A stretch of 64,000 nt of DNA. Source: an uncultured cyanobacterium (GTDB lineage Bacteria > Cyanobacteriota > Cyanobacteriia > PCC-9006 > JAAUQQ01). Both the position numbers and the translations under genes were made by a program. The notes under the pieces are model-generated. The model was not told where the DNA came from, did not search any database, and saw only the letters and a list, made by a program, of their open reading frames with translations. The DNA lies in NCBI GenBank assembly GCA_963718615.1, contig OY970368.1, positions 2,976,001-3,040,000 of the forward strand. Direction: 5' to 3'. Shown here one piece after another: positions 37,401 to 46,356 of the stretch (its first letter is position 1; every line of letters begins with the position of its first letter).

Positions 37401-37623
37401 TGCCTCAGCCCAGCAGGATTGGCGCAATGGACTGCTTGCCTCATCCCCAGGGTCGTCTGTTTCAACTTCATCTCCCTCTTTTCCCTCTTTCACCCAGCCC
37501 TCCCTCGAAGCCCAGAGCCTTACCATCAGCCCCCAGGGGCAAGTCCGGCTCATTTCCCATCTTCCTCAAACCCTGTCTAGCCAGTCGCTAAATTGTCAAA
37601 TTCTCCAGGAGCAACACCCATGA
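34441..37623 (+). CDS. filamentous haemagglutinin N-terminal domain (TpsA-like) exoprotein 2
   Basis: NLFHSFEEF, LLNPGGIVLG, beta-helix repeats, SDITASS, C...FIVSGRNGLP. Confidence 0.9.
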   Translation: MKKNLFYALFLWPLSISPQIVCAQIIPNNPLETEASQLIPLGNGETLIGGGALRGDNLFHSFEEFNIGTGELVLFGDPGGIKRIFSKVIGGSPSQIDGEFGVVDLATGALTGADLFLLNPGGIVLGPRARSLVLGSLFLTSAERVQFENYNFTAASPDLPPPLLSIGVPVGLQMGARPGPIVQESAEFGAGLSVALGRSLTLLGGDITLAGNAFGNLAGGRLELGAVGPESVVALLPVDRGYGLDYTQVKGFQDIQLLQTVILDPGAVNGLDAAFQGRTITLEEAEFATAAIGDQPGGAIQIRATEAVKLIGSAIPSLLITDVLPEATGRGGDITIEAPMIALETGGQIGTLTEGQGDAGDIWLKSADSLTLSGTTTASLDSPDEFSSLIFSAVASGATGGGGHVWIKTPRLALENGSQIGSSTLSTSNAGNITVSAEQVEVIGTTTNTLTSRITSIVLPGAEGHGGSVDLVADRVRLLAGGQIATVTLGLGKAGDIRVEAQQFEAEDQLNPPNISPAGLISTVSPGALGNGGNVQLWAEDIRLTRGAQVASSTLSQGNTGRLEVNATRIDLQGTATGGPFPTGFFVTVEPGASGNGDALRITTDSLRLTEGAAIQTNTFGPGQAATLEIQARDRIVLQGRNPQNGLSSAISSSTDTEILAAFGFPPTAGGQGGSLRIQTPLLRLEQGAVIAAKSRSDGAGGNVVLDLDRLELLSGSQIQASAFNQGDSGTIEITAAEAIAIAGQDPIYAEQLAQFGNSLSNSPESEESAIAVRSFGSGAARQISLQTPLLKVQDQGLISVSSKGTGPAGNLAIGANQVLLDGGSLQANTEIGEQGGIAITGADWLLLRRSGAITTNAGADSTGGNINIAAGFIVAPAHENSDITANAMRGQGGKISIQTQGLFGIEFRDRPTPQSDITASSDTGLKGTVNIALLAIDPNPGLVELPIALLNSSDAITNACRQTFPSKFIVSGRNGLPSDPRQTLTSASAQQDWRNGLLASSPGSSVSTSSPSFPSFTQPSLEAQSLTISPQGQVRLISHLPQTLSSQSLNCQILQEQHP

Positions 37624-40247
37624 GCTGGCCCACCCTGAAACACCCCCGACGGGCAAAATATTGGCTCCTAGCCTGGATGAGTTGCTGGCTTTTGCTCACC
37701 CTTGCTCCCGCCCATGCCACCGCCCATGCCACCTCGATCGCCGCTGCTCGGATTCAGACCCCAGCCGCCCAGCCCGCCGTCCCACCAACCGTCCCAACCC
37801 CAGATTTAGTCACCCAAGGCAAACAACTTTACGATGCCGGTCGCCTAGAAGAAGCGATCGCCCTCTGGCAAAACGCCGCCAATCAATTCGCCCAGCAACA
37901 CCAACCCGAACAACAGGCCCAAGTCCTGCGGTATCTGGCGATCGCCCACCAAGACCTCGGTCAATTCTCCGCCGCCCAAAAAGCCCTCACTCAAGCCCAA
38001 ACCCTTGCGCCAACGGCTTTTCTGTTTCAGGCTCAACTCTTAGGAACCCAAGCCTCTCTCTACCAAGCCCAAGGCCAATTTGAAACCGCCCACAGCACCT
38101 ATCAAGAGGCCGAGAAACGCTACGCCAGCCAGGGCGATCGCCTAGGGGTTTCCCTCAGCCAACTCAACCAATCCCAAGTCCTCCAGTCCCTCGGATTTTA
38201 TAGCCGAGCCCAGACCCTACTGCTCAAGCTGCGTCAGGATTTGACCCAAGAAATTGAGGCATCCCCCCAAGATCTCTCGGTCCAGCGCCAATCGATTCAA
38301 GCCCAGACTTCGCGGCAGTTAGGGGCGATCGCCCAATCTCTCGGGAATCTGACTGAAGCCGAGACCCATCTCCAGGAGAGTCTCAAGCAATTCGGGCAAC
38401 TGGGGGCGGTGGCCGAGCTGGCCCCGACGCTGTTGCTTCTGGGAGATTTGGAACTAGCGCGGGAAAATTCGGCGGGGGCGATCGCCACCTACCAACAGGC
38501 CCAAACCTTTGCCGTCAACCCGCAAGTTCAGCTCGACGCCCAGCTCAAACAGCTCCGGTTGCTGGCGCTCCAGAAAGGCACCCCATCGCCAACCCTCCAG
38601 ACGCTGCTCCAGAGCATTCCCCCCCTGCTCAAAACCCTGCCGCCGACCCACGGGGGCATCTATGCCCAGGTCAATTTTGCGGAAAGCCTGCGGTTGCGGG
38701 GTCAGACCCAGGAGGCGATCGCCCACCTCACCCCCGTCCTGCGCCAAGCCCAAACCCTCGGCGATCAGCGCGCCGAATCTTATGTGCTGGGGCAACTGGG
38801 TAGCCTCTACGAAACCCAGGGCCACTGGACCGAAGCGCTGCAATTGACCCGCCAAGCCTACCAGCAGGCTACCGCCATTCAGGCCGAAGAGATTGCGGTG
38901 TCTTGGCTGTGGCAGGAAGGCCGGATTCTCAAAGCTCAGGGAAAATTATCCGAGGCGATCGCCCCCTACCGAGCCGCCGTCAAGCTGCTACAAACCCTCC
39001 GCCAAGACCTCGTCGCCATGGCTCCCGATGTGCAGTTTAGCTTCCGCGACCAAGTGGAACCGATCTATCGGCAATTGGCTCAGATCCTACTCACGGAGGT
39101 AGACCGGTTACCGAGTTCAGAACAACAAGGCCGCCTAGAAGAATCCCGACAAACCATCGAAGCCCTGCAACTGGCGGAGCTGCAAAACTTTTTCCGGGAA
39201 GCCTGCGAAACCTATGAGGCTCAGTCCATTGACCAAATTGATCCGGAGGCAGCGGTCATTTATTCCATCGTTGTGGGCGATCGCCTAGAAGTGATCCTCT
39301 CCGCCCCTCACCAACCCCTCCAGCACTACGGAACCGCCTTAACCGCCGACGCAGCCACAGAACTGGCCGCTCAGGTGCGTCAATCCCTCAATCCCGCCTT
39401 TTTGCCCGAGGAAGGTTTACCTGCGGCCCAAAAGCTTTACGACGCACTGATTCGACCGGCGCAACCCACTTTGCAAACCCAGTCGATTAAAACCCTGGTG
39501 TTTGTCCTGGATGACTTTTTGCGGACGATTCCCATGGCGGTGTTGCATGATGGCGATCGCTACTTGATCGAAACCTACCAAATTGCCCTCACTCCGGGAC
39601 TACAACTGTTTGAATCTACCCCCATTTCATCTACCCAAAATTCGCTTTTAGTCGGAGGATTAACAGAAGCTCGCCAAGGATTTTCGGCCTTGCCTGGAGT
39701 GTCCCAGGAAGTCGAGGCGATCGCCCAAAACCCGCACACTAAAGTACTGCTCAATCAGGATTTCATTCAAACCAATCTGGCTCAAACCGTCCAAAAAAAG
39801 CCTTTTTCCATCATTCACCTAGCGACCCATGGCCAGTTTAGCTCCCGCGCCCAAGATACGTTTTTGCTGACTTGGCAGGAGCGGCTCGGAGTTCAGGATT
39901 TAGAAAATTGGCTGGATTTGCAGTTAACAGCCTTGCAGACCGGACAGCAAACGTCTGTCGAACTCCTCGTGTTGAGCGCTTGCCAGACCGCCAAAGGCGA
40001 TGCCAGGGCTGGGCTGGGTCTGGCGGGGATGGTGGTGCGATCGGGGGCTCGCAGTGCGATCGCCACCCTCTGGGCAGTGCAAGATCAATCCACAGCGGAT
40101 TTGATGGCGGTGTTCTATCACAATTTACTCCAGGCGGGTATGGATCGAGGCGAAGCCCTGCGTCAAGCCCAGCTCAGTTTAATGAAAGGCTCCTATGCCC
40201 ATCCTTACTATTGGGCTCCCTTTGTTTTGGTGGGGAATTGGCAATAG
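37620..40247 (+). CDS. TPR-CHAT domain (caspase-HetF-like) protein with signal peptide
   Basis: ATGA overlap with FHA2; TPRs; catalytic His in IHLATHGQF and Cys in LVLSACQTA; C-terminal HPYYWAPFVLVGNW. Confidence 0.92.
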   Translation: MSWPTLKHPRRAKYWLLAWMSCWLLLTLAPAHATAHATSIAAARIQTPAAQPAVPPTVPTPDLVTQGKQLYDAGRLEEAIALWQNAANQFAQQHQPEQQAQVLRYLAIAHQDLGQFSAAQKALTQAQTLAPTAFLFQAQLLGTQASLYQAQGQFETAHSTYQEAEKRYASQGDRLGVSLSQLNQSQVLQSLGFYSRAQTLLLKLRQDLTQEIEASPQDLSVQRQSIQAQTSRQLGAIAQSLGNLTEAETHLQESLKQFGQLGAVAELAPTLLLLGDLELARENSAGAIATYQQAQTFAVNPQVQLDAQLKQLRLLALQKGTPSPTLQTLLQSIPPLLKTLPPTHGGIYAQVNFAESLRLRGQTQEAIAHLTPVLRQAQTLGDQRAESYVLGQLGSLYETQGHWTEALQLTRQAYQQATAIQAEEIAVSWLWQEGRILKAQGKLSEAIAPYRAAVKLLQTLRQDLVAMAPDVQFSFRDQVEPIYRQLAQILLTEVDRLPSSEQQGRLEESRQTIEALQLAELQNFFREACETYEAQSIDQIDPEAAVIYSIVVGDRLEVILSAPHQPLQHYGTALTADAATELAAQVRQSLNPAFLPEEGLPAAQKLYDALIRPAQPTLQTQSIKTLVFVLDDFLRTIPMAVLHDGDRYLIETYQIALTPGLQLFESTPISSTQNSLLVGGLTEARQGFSALPGVSQEVEAIAQNPHTKVLLNQDFIQTNLAQTVQKKPFSIIHLATHGQFSSRAQDTFLLTWQERLGVQDLENWLDLQLTALQTGQQTSVELLVLSACQTAKGDARAGLGLAGMVVRSGARSAIATLWAVQDQSTADLMAVFYHNLLQAGMDRGEALRQAQLSLMKGSYAHPYYWAPFVLVGNWQ

Positions 40248-40328
40248 GTTCTAGGGAATAAACCTTAGGTAATAAATCGTAGGCAATAAATCCTAAGCAA
40301 TAAATCCTAAGCAATAAATCCTAGAACC
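40247..40328. repeat. five 14-bp tandem units (AATAAATCCTAAGC consensus) bracketed by 9-bp inverted repeats
   Basis: Units span 40257-40326; GGTTCTAGG (40247-40255) pairs with CCTAGAACC (40320-40328). Confidence 0.75.
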
Positions 40329-40520
40329 CTCACTGTGTAAAATGATTTCCTGTGTTGATTTCATAAACTTTTCATCAAGGGTTTCGCATCTGTCCTTATT
40401 AAATTTTGAGCGTTAGAAAATAGATTTATGAGAAGTTTGTGTGAGCTCATTTGCGACGTGAACTCATTTACTGTGTGAACGAGTTCCAATCCCTTCCTGT
40501 TGTTTTTTGGAGGTTTTGTG

Positions 40521-41267
40521 ATGAACCTGTTGCGATCGCTAACGAATCAACTCCCCCAACGTCTTTGCTTCGCTGGGATTTTGCTCCTGGCCTGTTCCCC
40601 CGCTGGACTCGCCTCGCCGCTGCCCTGGGTTGGCTTGCAAGCTAACTTACAATCTAAGGCACTTGCGGATAGCCCAGAGATCTCCCCATTTTATTGGCTG
40701 AAGCGGCTGCAAACCCAGTTCACCCCGCCCAAGAACGATGCGCCCCGCTCAACCGCAGGTACAGGAACTCGGAATGGTTTGCGCTGTCAGGCTGAAGAAC
40801 CAGCGATCGCCGCCCTAACGCCCCCCGGCAATTACAGTTTGACCCTAGGACAGCCGCCGACTCTATCCCTCTATATGGGTCAGGCCAGCGCAACGCGGGT
40901 AGCCATAGTCCTGCAAAATGAGTCCGGCAGCTTTTACAAACGAACAATGTTGCCGATTCCGGATTCCGCCTCGGGCTGGGTCAATTTTCAGCCTCCCGCA
41001 TCCATGGTGGTGTTGGAACCCGGCCAGCTTTACCGTTGGTCCCTGGTGGTCGTGTGTGGCCAAACGCCCCAGCCCGATGATCCCCTCTTTACCGGTTGGA
41101 TTCGACCGATGCCGCCTGCATCGGGGATTCATCAGGAACTCCAGAAAAAAACGCTAGCAGAGCAGATGCAGTGGTACGGCCAAAACGGCTATTGGTATGA
41201 CCTGGTTCAAGCGGCATTGAGCCAAGACCGTGAACTGAAATCCCGAGATCAATCTCACCCTCAATAG
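40521..41267 (+). CDS. DUF928 domain protein
   Basis: GGAGG RBS; FTPP..APRSTAGTGTR..C, LEPGQLYRWSLVVVC and YGQNGYWYD; usual position after a CHAT gene. Confidence 0.85.
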   Translation: MNLLRSLTNQLPQRLCFAGILLLACSPAGLASPLPWVGLQANLQSKALADSPEISPFYWLKRLQTQFTPPKNDAPRSTAGTGTRNGLRCQAEEPAIAALTPPGNYSLTLGQPPTLSLYMGQASATRVAIVLQNESGSFYKRTMLPIPDSASGWVNFQPPASMVVLEPGQLYRWSLVVVCGQTPQPDDPLFTGWIRPMPPASGIHQELQKKTLAEQMQWYGQNGYWYDLVQAALSQDRELKSRDQSHPQ

Positions 41268-41515
41268 TGATACCGGCATTGCGCGATGAGCAAATCTTGG
41301 CCCCGAACCTGATACACCAACCGATGTTCATCATTAATCCGGCGGCTCCAGTAACCGCTGAGGGCATGTTTGAGCGCTTCTGGTTTGCCCACTCCTTCAA
41401 AGGGCGTCCTCGCAATTTCCTTGAGCAGTTGATTGACTCGCTTCAGGGTCTTGCGGTCATGGGCAACCCAGTACTGGTAATCTTCCCAAGCTTGTTCCGA
41501 GAAAATAAACCTCAT
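41261..41515 (-). CDS. yoeB: Txe/YoeB toxin
   Basis: FSEQAWEDYQYW, GKPEALKH.LSGYWSRRINDEHRLVY, CRYHY. Confidence 0.95.
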   Translation of the reverse strand: MRFIFSEQAWEDYQYWVAHDRKTLKRVNQLLKEIARTPFEGVGKPEALKHALSGYWSRRINDEHRLVYQVRGQDLLIAQCRYHY

Positions 41516-41775
41516 GCATCGTTGTTGTCTTGGAGCGCTCGGACTTGGCCACCCTCTGCTTCGAGCTGGGCGATCGCATCTAACAAACGTCGGGCATTCT
41601 GGGGACTCCGGAGCAAATAGGCGGTTTCTTGCAACGCATGAAAATCTTCCAGTGAAATCAACACCACGGACTGTTCACGCTTGCGGGTGATGATGATCGG
41701 CGCATGGTCGTTGCAAACCTGAGCCATGGTTTGCGCCAAGTTCTCGCGGGCGGCAGTGTAAGAAATCGCTTCCAT
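41512..41775 (-). CDS. yefM: Phd/YefM antitoxin
   Basis: MEAISYTAARENLA, PIIITR and ETAYLLRSP.NARRL; ATGA overlap with the toxin; true start 41775. Confidence 0.93.
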   Translation of the reverse strand: MEAISYTAARENLAQTMAQVCNDHAPIIITRKREQSVVLISLEDFHALQETAYLLRSPQNARRLLDAIAQLEAEGGQVRALQDNNDA

Positions 41776-41800
41776 AGCAAACGGGGCGATCAGGACAGTA

Positions 41801-41818
41801 TGTACAGAATAACGTACA
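41801..41818. promoter_or_regulatory. YefM operator
   Basis: TGTACA (41801-41806) and CGTACA (41813-41818), 12 bp centre to centre as in the E. coli yefM-yoeB operator. Confidence 0.7.
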
Positions 41819-41920
41819 GGAATAATCCTGTCGAGGTCGCAAGCGTTAGGCAAAATTTAGGCTGTTCGTCCCCAAAAGGCGTGGGCTTTACTATTCTTAA
41901 GAAAAGACCTCAGAAGCCCC

Positions 41921-43135
41921 ATGCACCAATCCTCCACTGCGCAGACTGCTGGACCGGACTATCGCATTCGATGGATTGACCGCATCAGCGACATTCCCCG
42001 CGACGCCTGGGACGCCCTTGCCCAGCCGCTGAAAACCCCATTTTTTGAATGGGACTGGCTGCACAACCTAGAAGCCTCTAAGAGCGCAACGGCCCAGACC
42101 GGCTGGCAGCCGATTCACCTGACGGTTTGGCAAGGTGCTGATTTAGTTGCGGCAGCACCACTCTACGTCAAGGGCCACAGCTATGGGGAATTTGTCTTTG
42201 ACCACCAGTGGGCGGACCTGGCCAATCATCTCGGGTTGTCCTACTATCCCAAGCTTCTGGGGATGTCACCCTTTACGCCAGCGGTGGGCTATCGCTTTTT
42301 AATTGCACCCGGTGAAGACGACCGTGCGATGACCGAGGTGATGATGGCGGCGATCGACCAGTTTTGCGATCGCAACAATATCCTCAGTTGCAACTTCCTC
42401 TACGTCGATCCTGATTGGAAACCCCTAGTGGAACGCTGCGGTTTTACTCCCTGGCTGCACCATAATTCTGTTTGGCATAACCAAGGCTTTCAAACCTACG
42501 ACGATTATCTCAAAATGTTCAACGCCAATCAGCGGCGCAATATCAAGCGGGAAATGCAGGCGGTGACGCAGACCGGGCTAAAGATGACCACGTTTACGGG
42601 AGAGGATATTTCCCCGGACCTGATGCAGCGCATGTATCGGTTTTATAGCCATCATTGTGAAAAGTTTGGTTGGTGGGGCAGCAAATATCTCACCAAACAG
42701 TTTTTTGAGCAACTGCATGCAGACTTTCGCCATCGACTGCTTTTGGTCGCGGCAGTGACCGAAGAGGAACCCACTAAACCCGTGGGGATGTCCTTTTGTG
42801 TGTATAAGGGCGATCGCCTCTACGGTCGCTACTGGGGCTGTTTTCAAGAGTACGATTGTCTCCATTTCAACGCCTGTTATTACAAGCCGATTGAGTGGGG
42901 CATTGCCCAGGGGATTCAGGTATTTGATCCGGGAGCAGGGGGCAGCCACAAAAAACGCCGGGGCTTTCCTGCAACCCCCCACCACAGTCTACATCGGTTT
43001 TATGACTCTAAACTGGGCTCAATTTTGCGCAACCATTTATTGCAGGTGAATGAGTTAGAAATGCAGGAAATCGAAGCGATCAATCATGAAATGCCCTTTA
43101 ATAAACGGGAAGTCGAATTAAAACTCCATTTGTAA
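41921..43135 (+). CDS. GNAT/FemAB-like protein (DUF482 type)
   Basis: Motifs HSYGEFVFDHQWA, YYPKL, LYGRYWG, LHFNACYY and GAGGSHK. Confidence 0.88.
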   Translation: MHQSSTAQTAGPDYRIRWIDRISDIPRDAWDALAQPLKTPFFEWDWLHNLEASKSATAQTGWQPIHLTVWQGADLVAAAPLYVKGHSYGEFVFDHQWADLANHLGLSYYPKLLGMSPFTPAVGYRFLIAPGEDDRAMTEVMMAAIDQFCDRNNILSCNFLYVDPDWKPLVERCGFTPWLHHNSVWHNQGFQTYDDYLKMFNANQRRNIKREMQAVTQTGLKMTTFTGEDISPDLMQRMYRFYSHHCEKFGWWGSKYLTKQFFEQLHADFRHRLLLVAAVTEEEPTKPVGMSFCVYKGDRLYGRYWGCFQEYDCLHFNACYYKPIEWGIAQGIQVFDPGAGGSHKKRRGFPATPHHSLHRFYDSKLGSILRNHLLQVNELEMQEIEAINHEMPFNKREVELKLHL

Positions 43136-44365
43136 AACACAATCGATCAGTAGTCCTGCGATCGCCCCCAACGGTACCAGTTGCCAAGTGGGGAGTTTGT
43201 AGCGTATCAGCCCGATGAGCGCAGCCAGACCCATACAGACCGCGATCGCCGATTGCCCCAGGGTTGGTAATCCCACAGCGGTTTTGATCAGTGGGAACGT
43301 TGCAGCGGCGATCGCCCCCAATACCCCCGGTGTCACGCCCTGAACAAAGGCTCGAACCCAGGTATTCTGCCGCAGGCGGCGTAGGAGCGGTGCCGCCACC
43401 ATGATGAAGGCGAAGGAGGGGGTGAAGATGGCGATCGCCGCAACCAAGGCTCCCCAAAAACCAGCCACTTTATACCCCACAAAGGCGGCGGTCAGGACCA
43501 CAGGCCCCGGAGAAAGCTGCCCAATGGCAACGCCGTTGATAAATTCCTGGGGCGTAAGCCAGTGGAGGGTGTGCACAATTTCGGCTTCGAGCAGGGGAAT
43601 AATCACCAGGCCACCGCCGAAGATAAAGCTGCCCACTTTGAGGAAAAATAGCGCCAGGGGCAGGGCGAATTGGGCAAGGCGCTCGGTGCCCCAAAAGCTT
43701 GCGAGGGAAAGGGTTTCAGGGGGAAGGGTCAGAAGTATCGGCGCAAGCGGTAGCCGGAACATGGCAGGACTGGCAACCAGCGGGATAAGGGCGGTGGTGG
43801 TTTTGGGGCGGTGGCGCAGGATACCGATGAGTCCTGCGAGCAGGAATTGTAGGATGAGGCTGAGGGGCGTTAGGAGGGTGAGGAGGAAGAGGGTGAGGGC
43901 GATCGCCCCATCCCAACCACTGCGAATCGATTTTTTACCCAGCTTCCAACAAAACGCCAGGACGATCGCCACAACCACGGGGGAGATCCCAAAAAACAGG
44001 GCATCCAGTTGGGGCAAGTCTTGAAAGCGGAAATACCCCCAGCTCAAAACGACCACAATCCCAAAGGCAGGCGCAATGAAACAAAACCCAGCCACCAGAG
44101 CCCCCATCTGCCCTGCGCGCAGGTAGCCGCTATAAATCCCCAGTTGGGTGGAGGCGGGTCCGGGTAGCATTTCGCACAGGGCGAGACCTTCGCTAAATTC
44201 CTCCGGGCTAAACCACTGCCGCCGCACCACCAGTTCATCGTTCATTAGCGCCATGTGGGCTTGGGGGCCGCCAAAGCCGATAGTGCCCAATTTGAGAAAG
44301 ATCTGGGCGAGTTCGCCTAAAGCTCGGCGGCGCAACTGGGGAGGGAGGGAGGGAGCGTTTGCCAT
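43118..44365 (-). CDS. chrA: chromate efflux transporter
   Basis: Two CHR halves: FGGPQAH...LPGPAS and FGGGLVI...SPGPV. Confidence 0.92.
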   Translation of the reverse strand: MANAPSLPPQLRRRALGELAQIFLKLGTIGFGGPQAHMALMNDELVVRRQWFSPEEFSEGLALCEMLPGPASTQLGIYSGYLRAGQMGALVAGFCFIAPAFGIVVVLSWGYFRFQDLPQLDALFFGISPVVVAIVLAFCWKLGKKSIRSGWDGAIALTLFLLTLLTPLSLILQFLLAGLIGILRHRPKTTTALIPLVASPAMFRLPLAPILLTLPPETLSLASFWGTERLAQFALPLALFFLKVGSFIFGGGLVIIPLLEAEIVHTLHWLTPQEFINGVAIGQLSPGPVVLTAAFVGYKVAGFWGALVAAIAIFTPSFAFIMVAAPLLRRLRQNTWVRAFVQGVTPGVLGAIAAATFPLIKTAVGLPTLGQSAIAVCMGLAALIGLIRYKLPTWQLVPLGAIAGLLIDCVLQMEF

Positions 44366-44419
44366 GGTTGATCGAGGGATAGTCTAGAAATTTTCCCTAT
44401 CCTCGGCCAAGTCCAGTCC

Positions 44420-45019
44420 CTAAAGCGGTATCAACTCCGGAAAATTTTCCAGCACTTGATCCGCCGCCAGAGATTCTCCCAAAGCCGCCGGTGAAAAATG
44501 GACCTGAATGGCTCGCAGGCGCTCTTGGTAATTCAAGTTGATCAGCGTTTTCAAGCCCTGCCTCAAGGCTCCTAGATCCGCTAGGTTGGTTTCTAGGGCC
44601 GTTTCCTCTCCTTCGTAGGCTACCGTGATCATCACCACTAGGTTTTGGGTAATGGGAATTTGAAAATCCTCTGGGCTGGGGTCCTCCCCTGCCAGCGTAT
44701 CCCCACTGAGATAGCGTTCGCCGGAGTCCGTAAAGAGCTCGGTGAATAGGTCGTCCGCATCGGCCTCACTCCAGCAGACATCCCCCTCGTTGGCTGCGGC
44801 CTGCCAGTAAATTTCATGGTGCAGCAGCGACTGGGCAATTTCTACCAGACCTTCCCCCACCGTAGCAAGCTCCCCCTCGGCCTCTAGGGCACGGAACGCC
44901 GCTTGGTTGAGCACACCCAGGAGAGGGGCAACCTCGTCTCCCGCCAAATGCAGGATGAGCCGCGCCACGACGAGGCGGGTTTTGCCAGTGAATGCGTTGA
45001 AGCGATCGCGAAGTCCCAT
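44420..45019 (-). CDS. DUF1517-like cyanobacterial protein
   Basis: GKTRLVVARLILHLAG, ELFTDSGERY and VLENFPELIPL resemble the DUF1517 family. Confidence 0.7.
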   Translation of the reverse strand: MGLRDRFNAFTGKTRLVVARLILHLAGDEVAPLLGVLNQAAFRALEAEGELATVGEGLVEIAQSLLHHEIYWQAAANEGDVCWSEADADDLFTELFTDSGERYLSGDTLAGEDPSPEDFQIPITQNLVVMITVAYEGEETALETNLADLGALRQGLKTLINLNYQERLRAIQVHFSPAALGESLAADQVLENFPELIPL

Positions 45020-45045
45020 GGCTGGTCAAGAGGCAATGAATTAGC

Positions 45046-45260
45046 CTCCCCATTGTAGGGATTGACGCTCATCCACCCAATCGCTAGGCGATATGGATGG
45101 AGATTCCTGTTTCACAGACTCTTGGCTAGATAACAGCACCTTCATGCCGCCACCCCCGCTAGACCGTCTCCACAAGCCTTTTCTTGAACCGTGCGCCCCA
45201 CGGCTCTTTGTTTGATTACAATTGCACTCGCAATGTCCCGAGGCATCGATGACCCGCAAT
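45046..45260 (-). ncRNA. putative TnpB omega/reRNA with flanking guide (5' boundary approximate)
   Basis: Inferred from TnpB biology: it overlaps the tnpB 3' end and right-end hairpin, and the guide would begin UCCCUACAAUGGGGAG. Confidence 0.5.
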
Positions 45261-46329
45261 GGGGACAATTATGCCAACGGTCTGAAAGCGTCTTTTTGAC
45301 AGCATGACCACAATCAGGGCATTGCTGAGAGGTTCCACGGGCATCCACTTTTAGATACCCCTTCCCTCGCTTAAAACACACCCAGGGCAAAATCTGATTC
45401 AGGAACTGTCCCAAGCCAGCATCGAGCATGTGTTTGCCTAAAATGCCACGGGACAAGCCCACTAGATTCAGATTCTCCACCACAATCACATCGCTCCGGT
45501 CACAGAGCAGATGAGCAATCTTGAAGTGGAAATCCTTGCGAGTGTTGCTGATTCGTTCATGCAGTTTTGCGATCTTAAGCTGAAGCTTTTTCCAGTTCTT
45601 CGACCCCAGCACCTTTTTCTTGAGTCTGCGTTGCAGCAATTTCAGCTCGCTTTGCAGGTCAACGAAAAACCGAGGACAATGAACTTGCAAGCCATCCGAG
45701 GCTGACAGGAAATATTCCAACCCTACATCGACACCCACACACTGACCTACCAATGGCACATCGGGAATGGACAACTCCGCTTGAAAACAGAGCACCACAT
45801 AAAACCCTGACGCCCGCTTCACTATCCTGGCCTGCTTCACCTGGAAGCCTTCGGGATAGGGCCGAGACTGCCGGATAGCAGTTTTCCCAATACTGGGAAG
45901 ATTTACCCACCCGTCTCCCAGTGGAGTCTTACCCAATTGAGGAAACAGAAACGACTTCATCTGACCGGGCTTCTTAAACCGAGGAAACCCAAAACCCCGC
46001 TCTGCCCTATCCTTGAATGCTTTTTCTAAAGTCTTCAGCACTTGCTGAAGGGATTGAGCATTGACAGACTTGAGGTCAGGATTAGTCTTCTTGGCTTGGG
46101 TCAGGGATTTGCACTGGTGAGCAAAACCGGGATAGGGAGCATCCGCCGCCATGATGTACTCACCCCGAATTGAGCATGCATTGATAGGACACTTTCTTGA
46201 AGCAATCCAGTCCTTGCGCTCTTTCAGGGCATAATTCCAAACCTTTCGGCAGACATCCAAGCTATTTTCTAGCTCCTCAATCTGCTGAGTGGTTGGCTTC
46301 AGCTTGTACTCATAGGTCAGTGTTAGCAT
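45142..46329 (-). CDS. tnpB: RNA-guided endonuclease TnpB
   Basis: N-terminal YEYKLKPT HTH; RuvC D (GVDVG), E (VVENL) and D (PRDIAS); Zn finger CPDC...CPHC. Confidence 0.95.
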   Translation of the reverse strand: MLTLTYEYKLKPTTQQIEELENSLDVCRKVWNYALKERKDWIASRKCPINACSIRGEYIMAADAPYPGFAHQCKSLTQAKKTNPDLKSVNAQSLQQVLKTLEKAFKDRAERGFGFPRFKKPGQMKSFLFPQLGKTPLGDGWVNLPSIGKTAIRQSRPYPEGFQVKQARIVKRASGFYVVLCFQAELSIPDVPLVGQCVGVDVGLEYFLSASDGLQVHCPRFFVDLQSELKLLQRRLKKKVLGSKNWKKLQLKIAKLHERISNTRKDFHFKIAHLLCDRSDVIVVENLNLVGLSRGILGKHMLDAGLGQFLNQILPWVCFKRGKGYLKVDARGTSQQCPDCGHAVKKTLSDRWHNCPHCGSSMPRDIASAIVIKQRAVGRTVQEKACGDGLAGVAA

Positions 46330-46356
46330 GGTCTTATGCTAGCTTAGTCGCCTACA

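Noticed and set aside
32703-37553. Long antisense ORFs inside the FHA genes (and similar ones in the RND, chrA and kinase genes)
   Set aside because: They are shadows of GC-rich, Gly/Ala-rich coding strands and have no recognisable motifs.
40257-40326. Possible CRISPR array
   Set aside because: The 14-bp units are contiguous with no spacers, and no cas genes are nearby.
14180-41820. Prophage or integrative element
   Set aside because: No integrase, phage structural genes, tRNA or att repeats were seen.
45142-46329. TnpB as a Cas12f-type CRISPR effector
   Set aside because: It sits in an IS with tnpA and IS ends, and there is no array.
46197-46356. N-terminal extension of TnpA in the ORF track
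   Set aside because: It overlaps tnpB on the opposite strand, starts with TTG and has no TnpA-like sequence.
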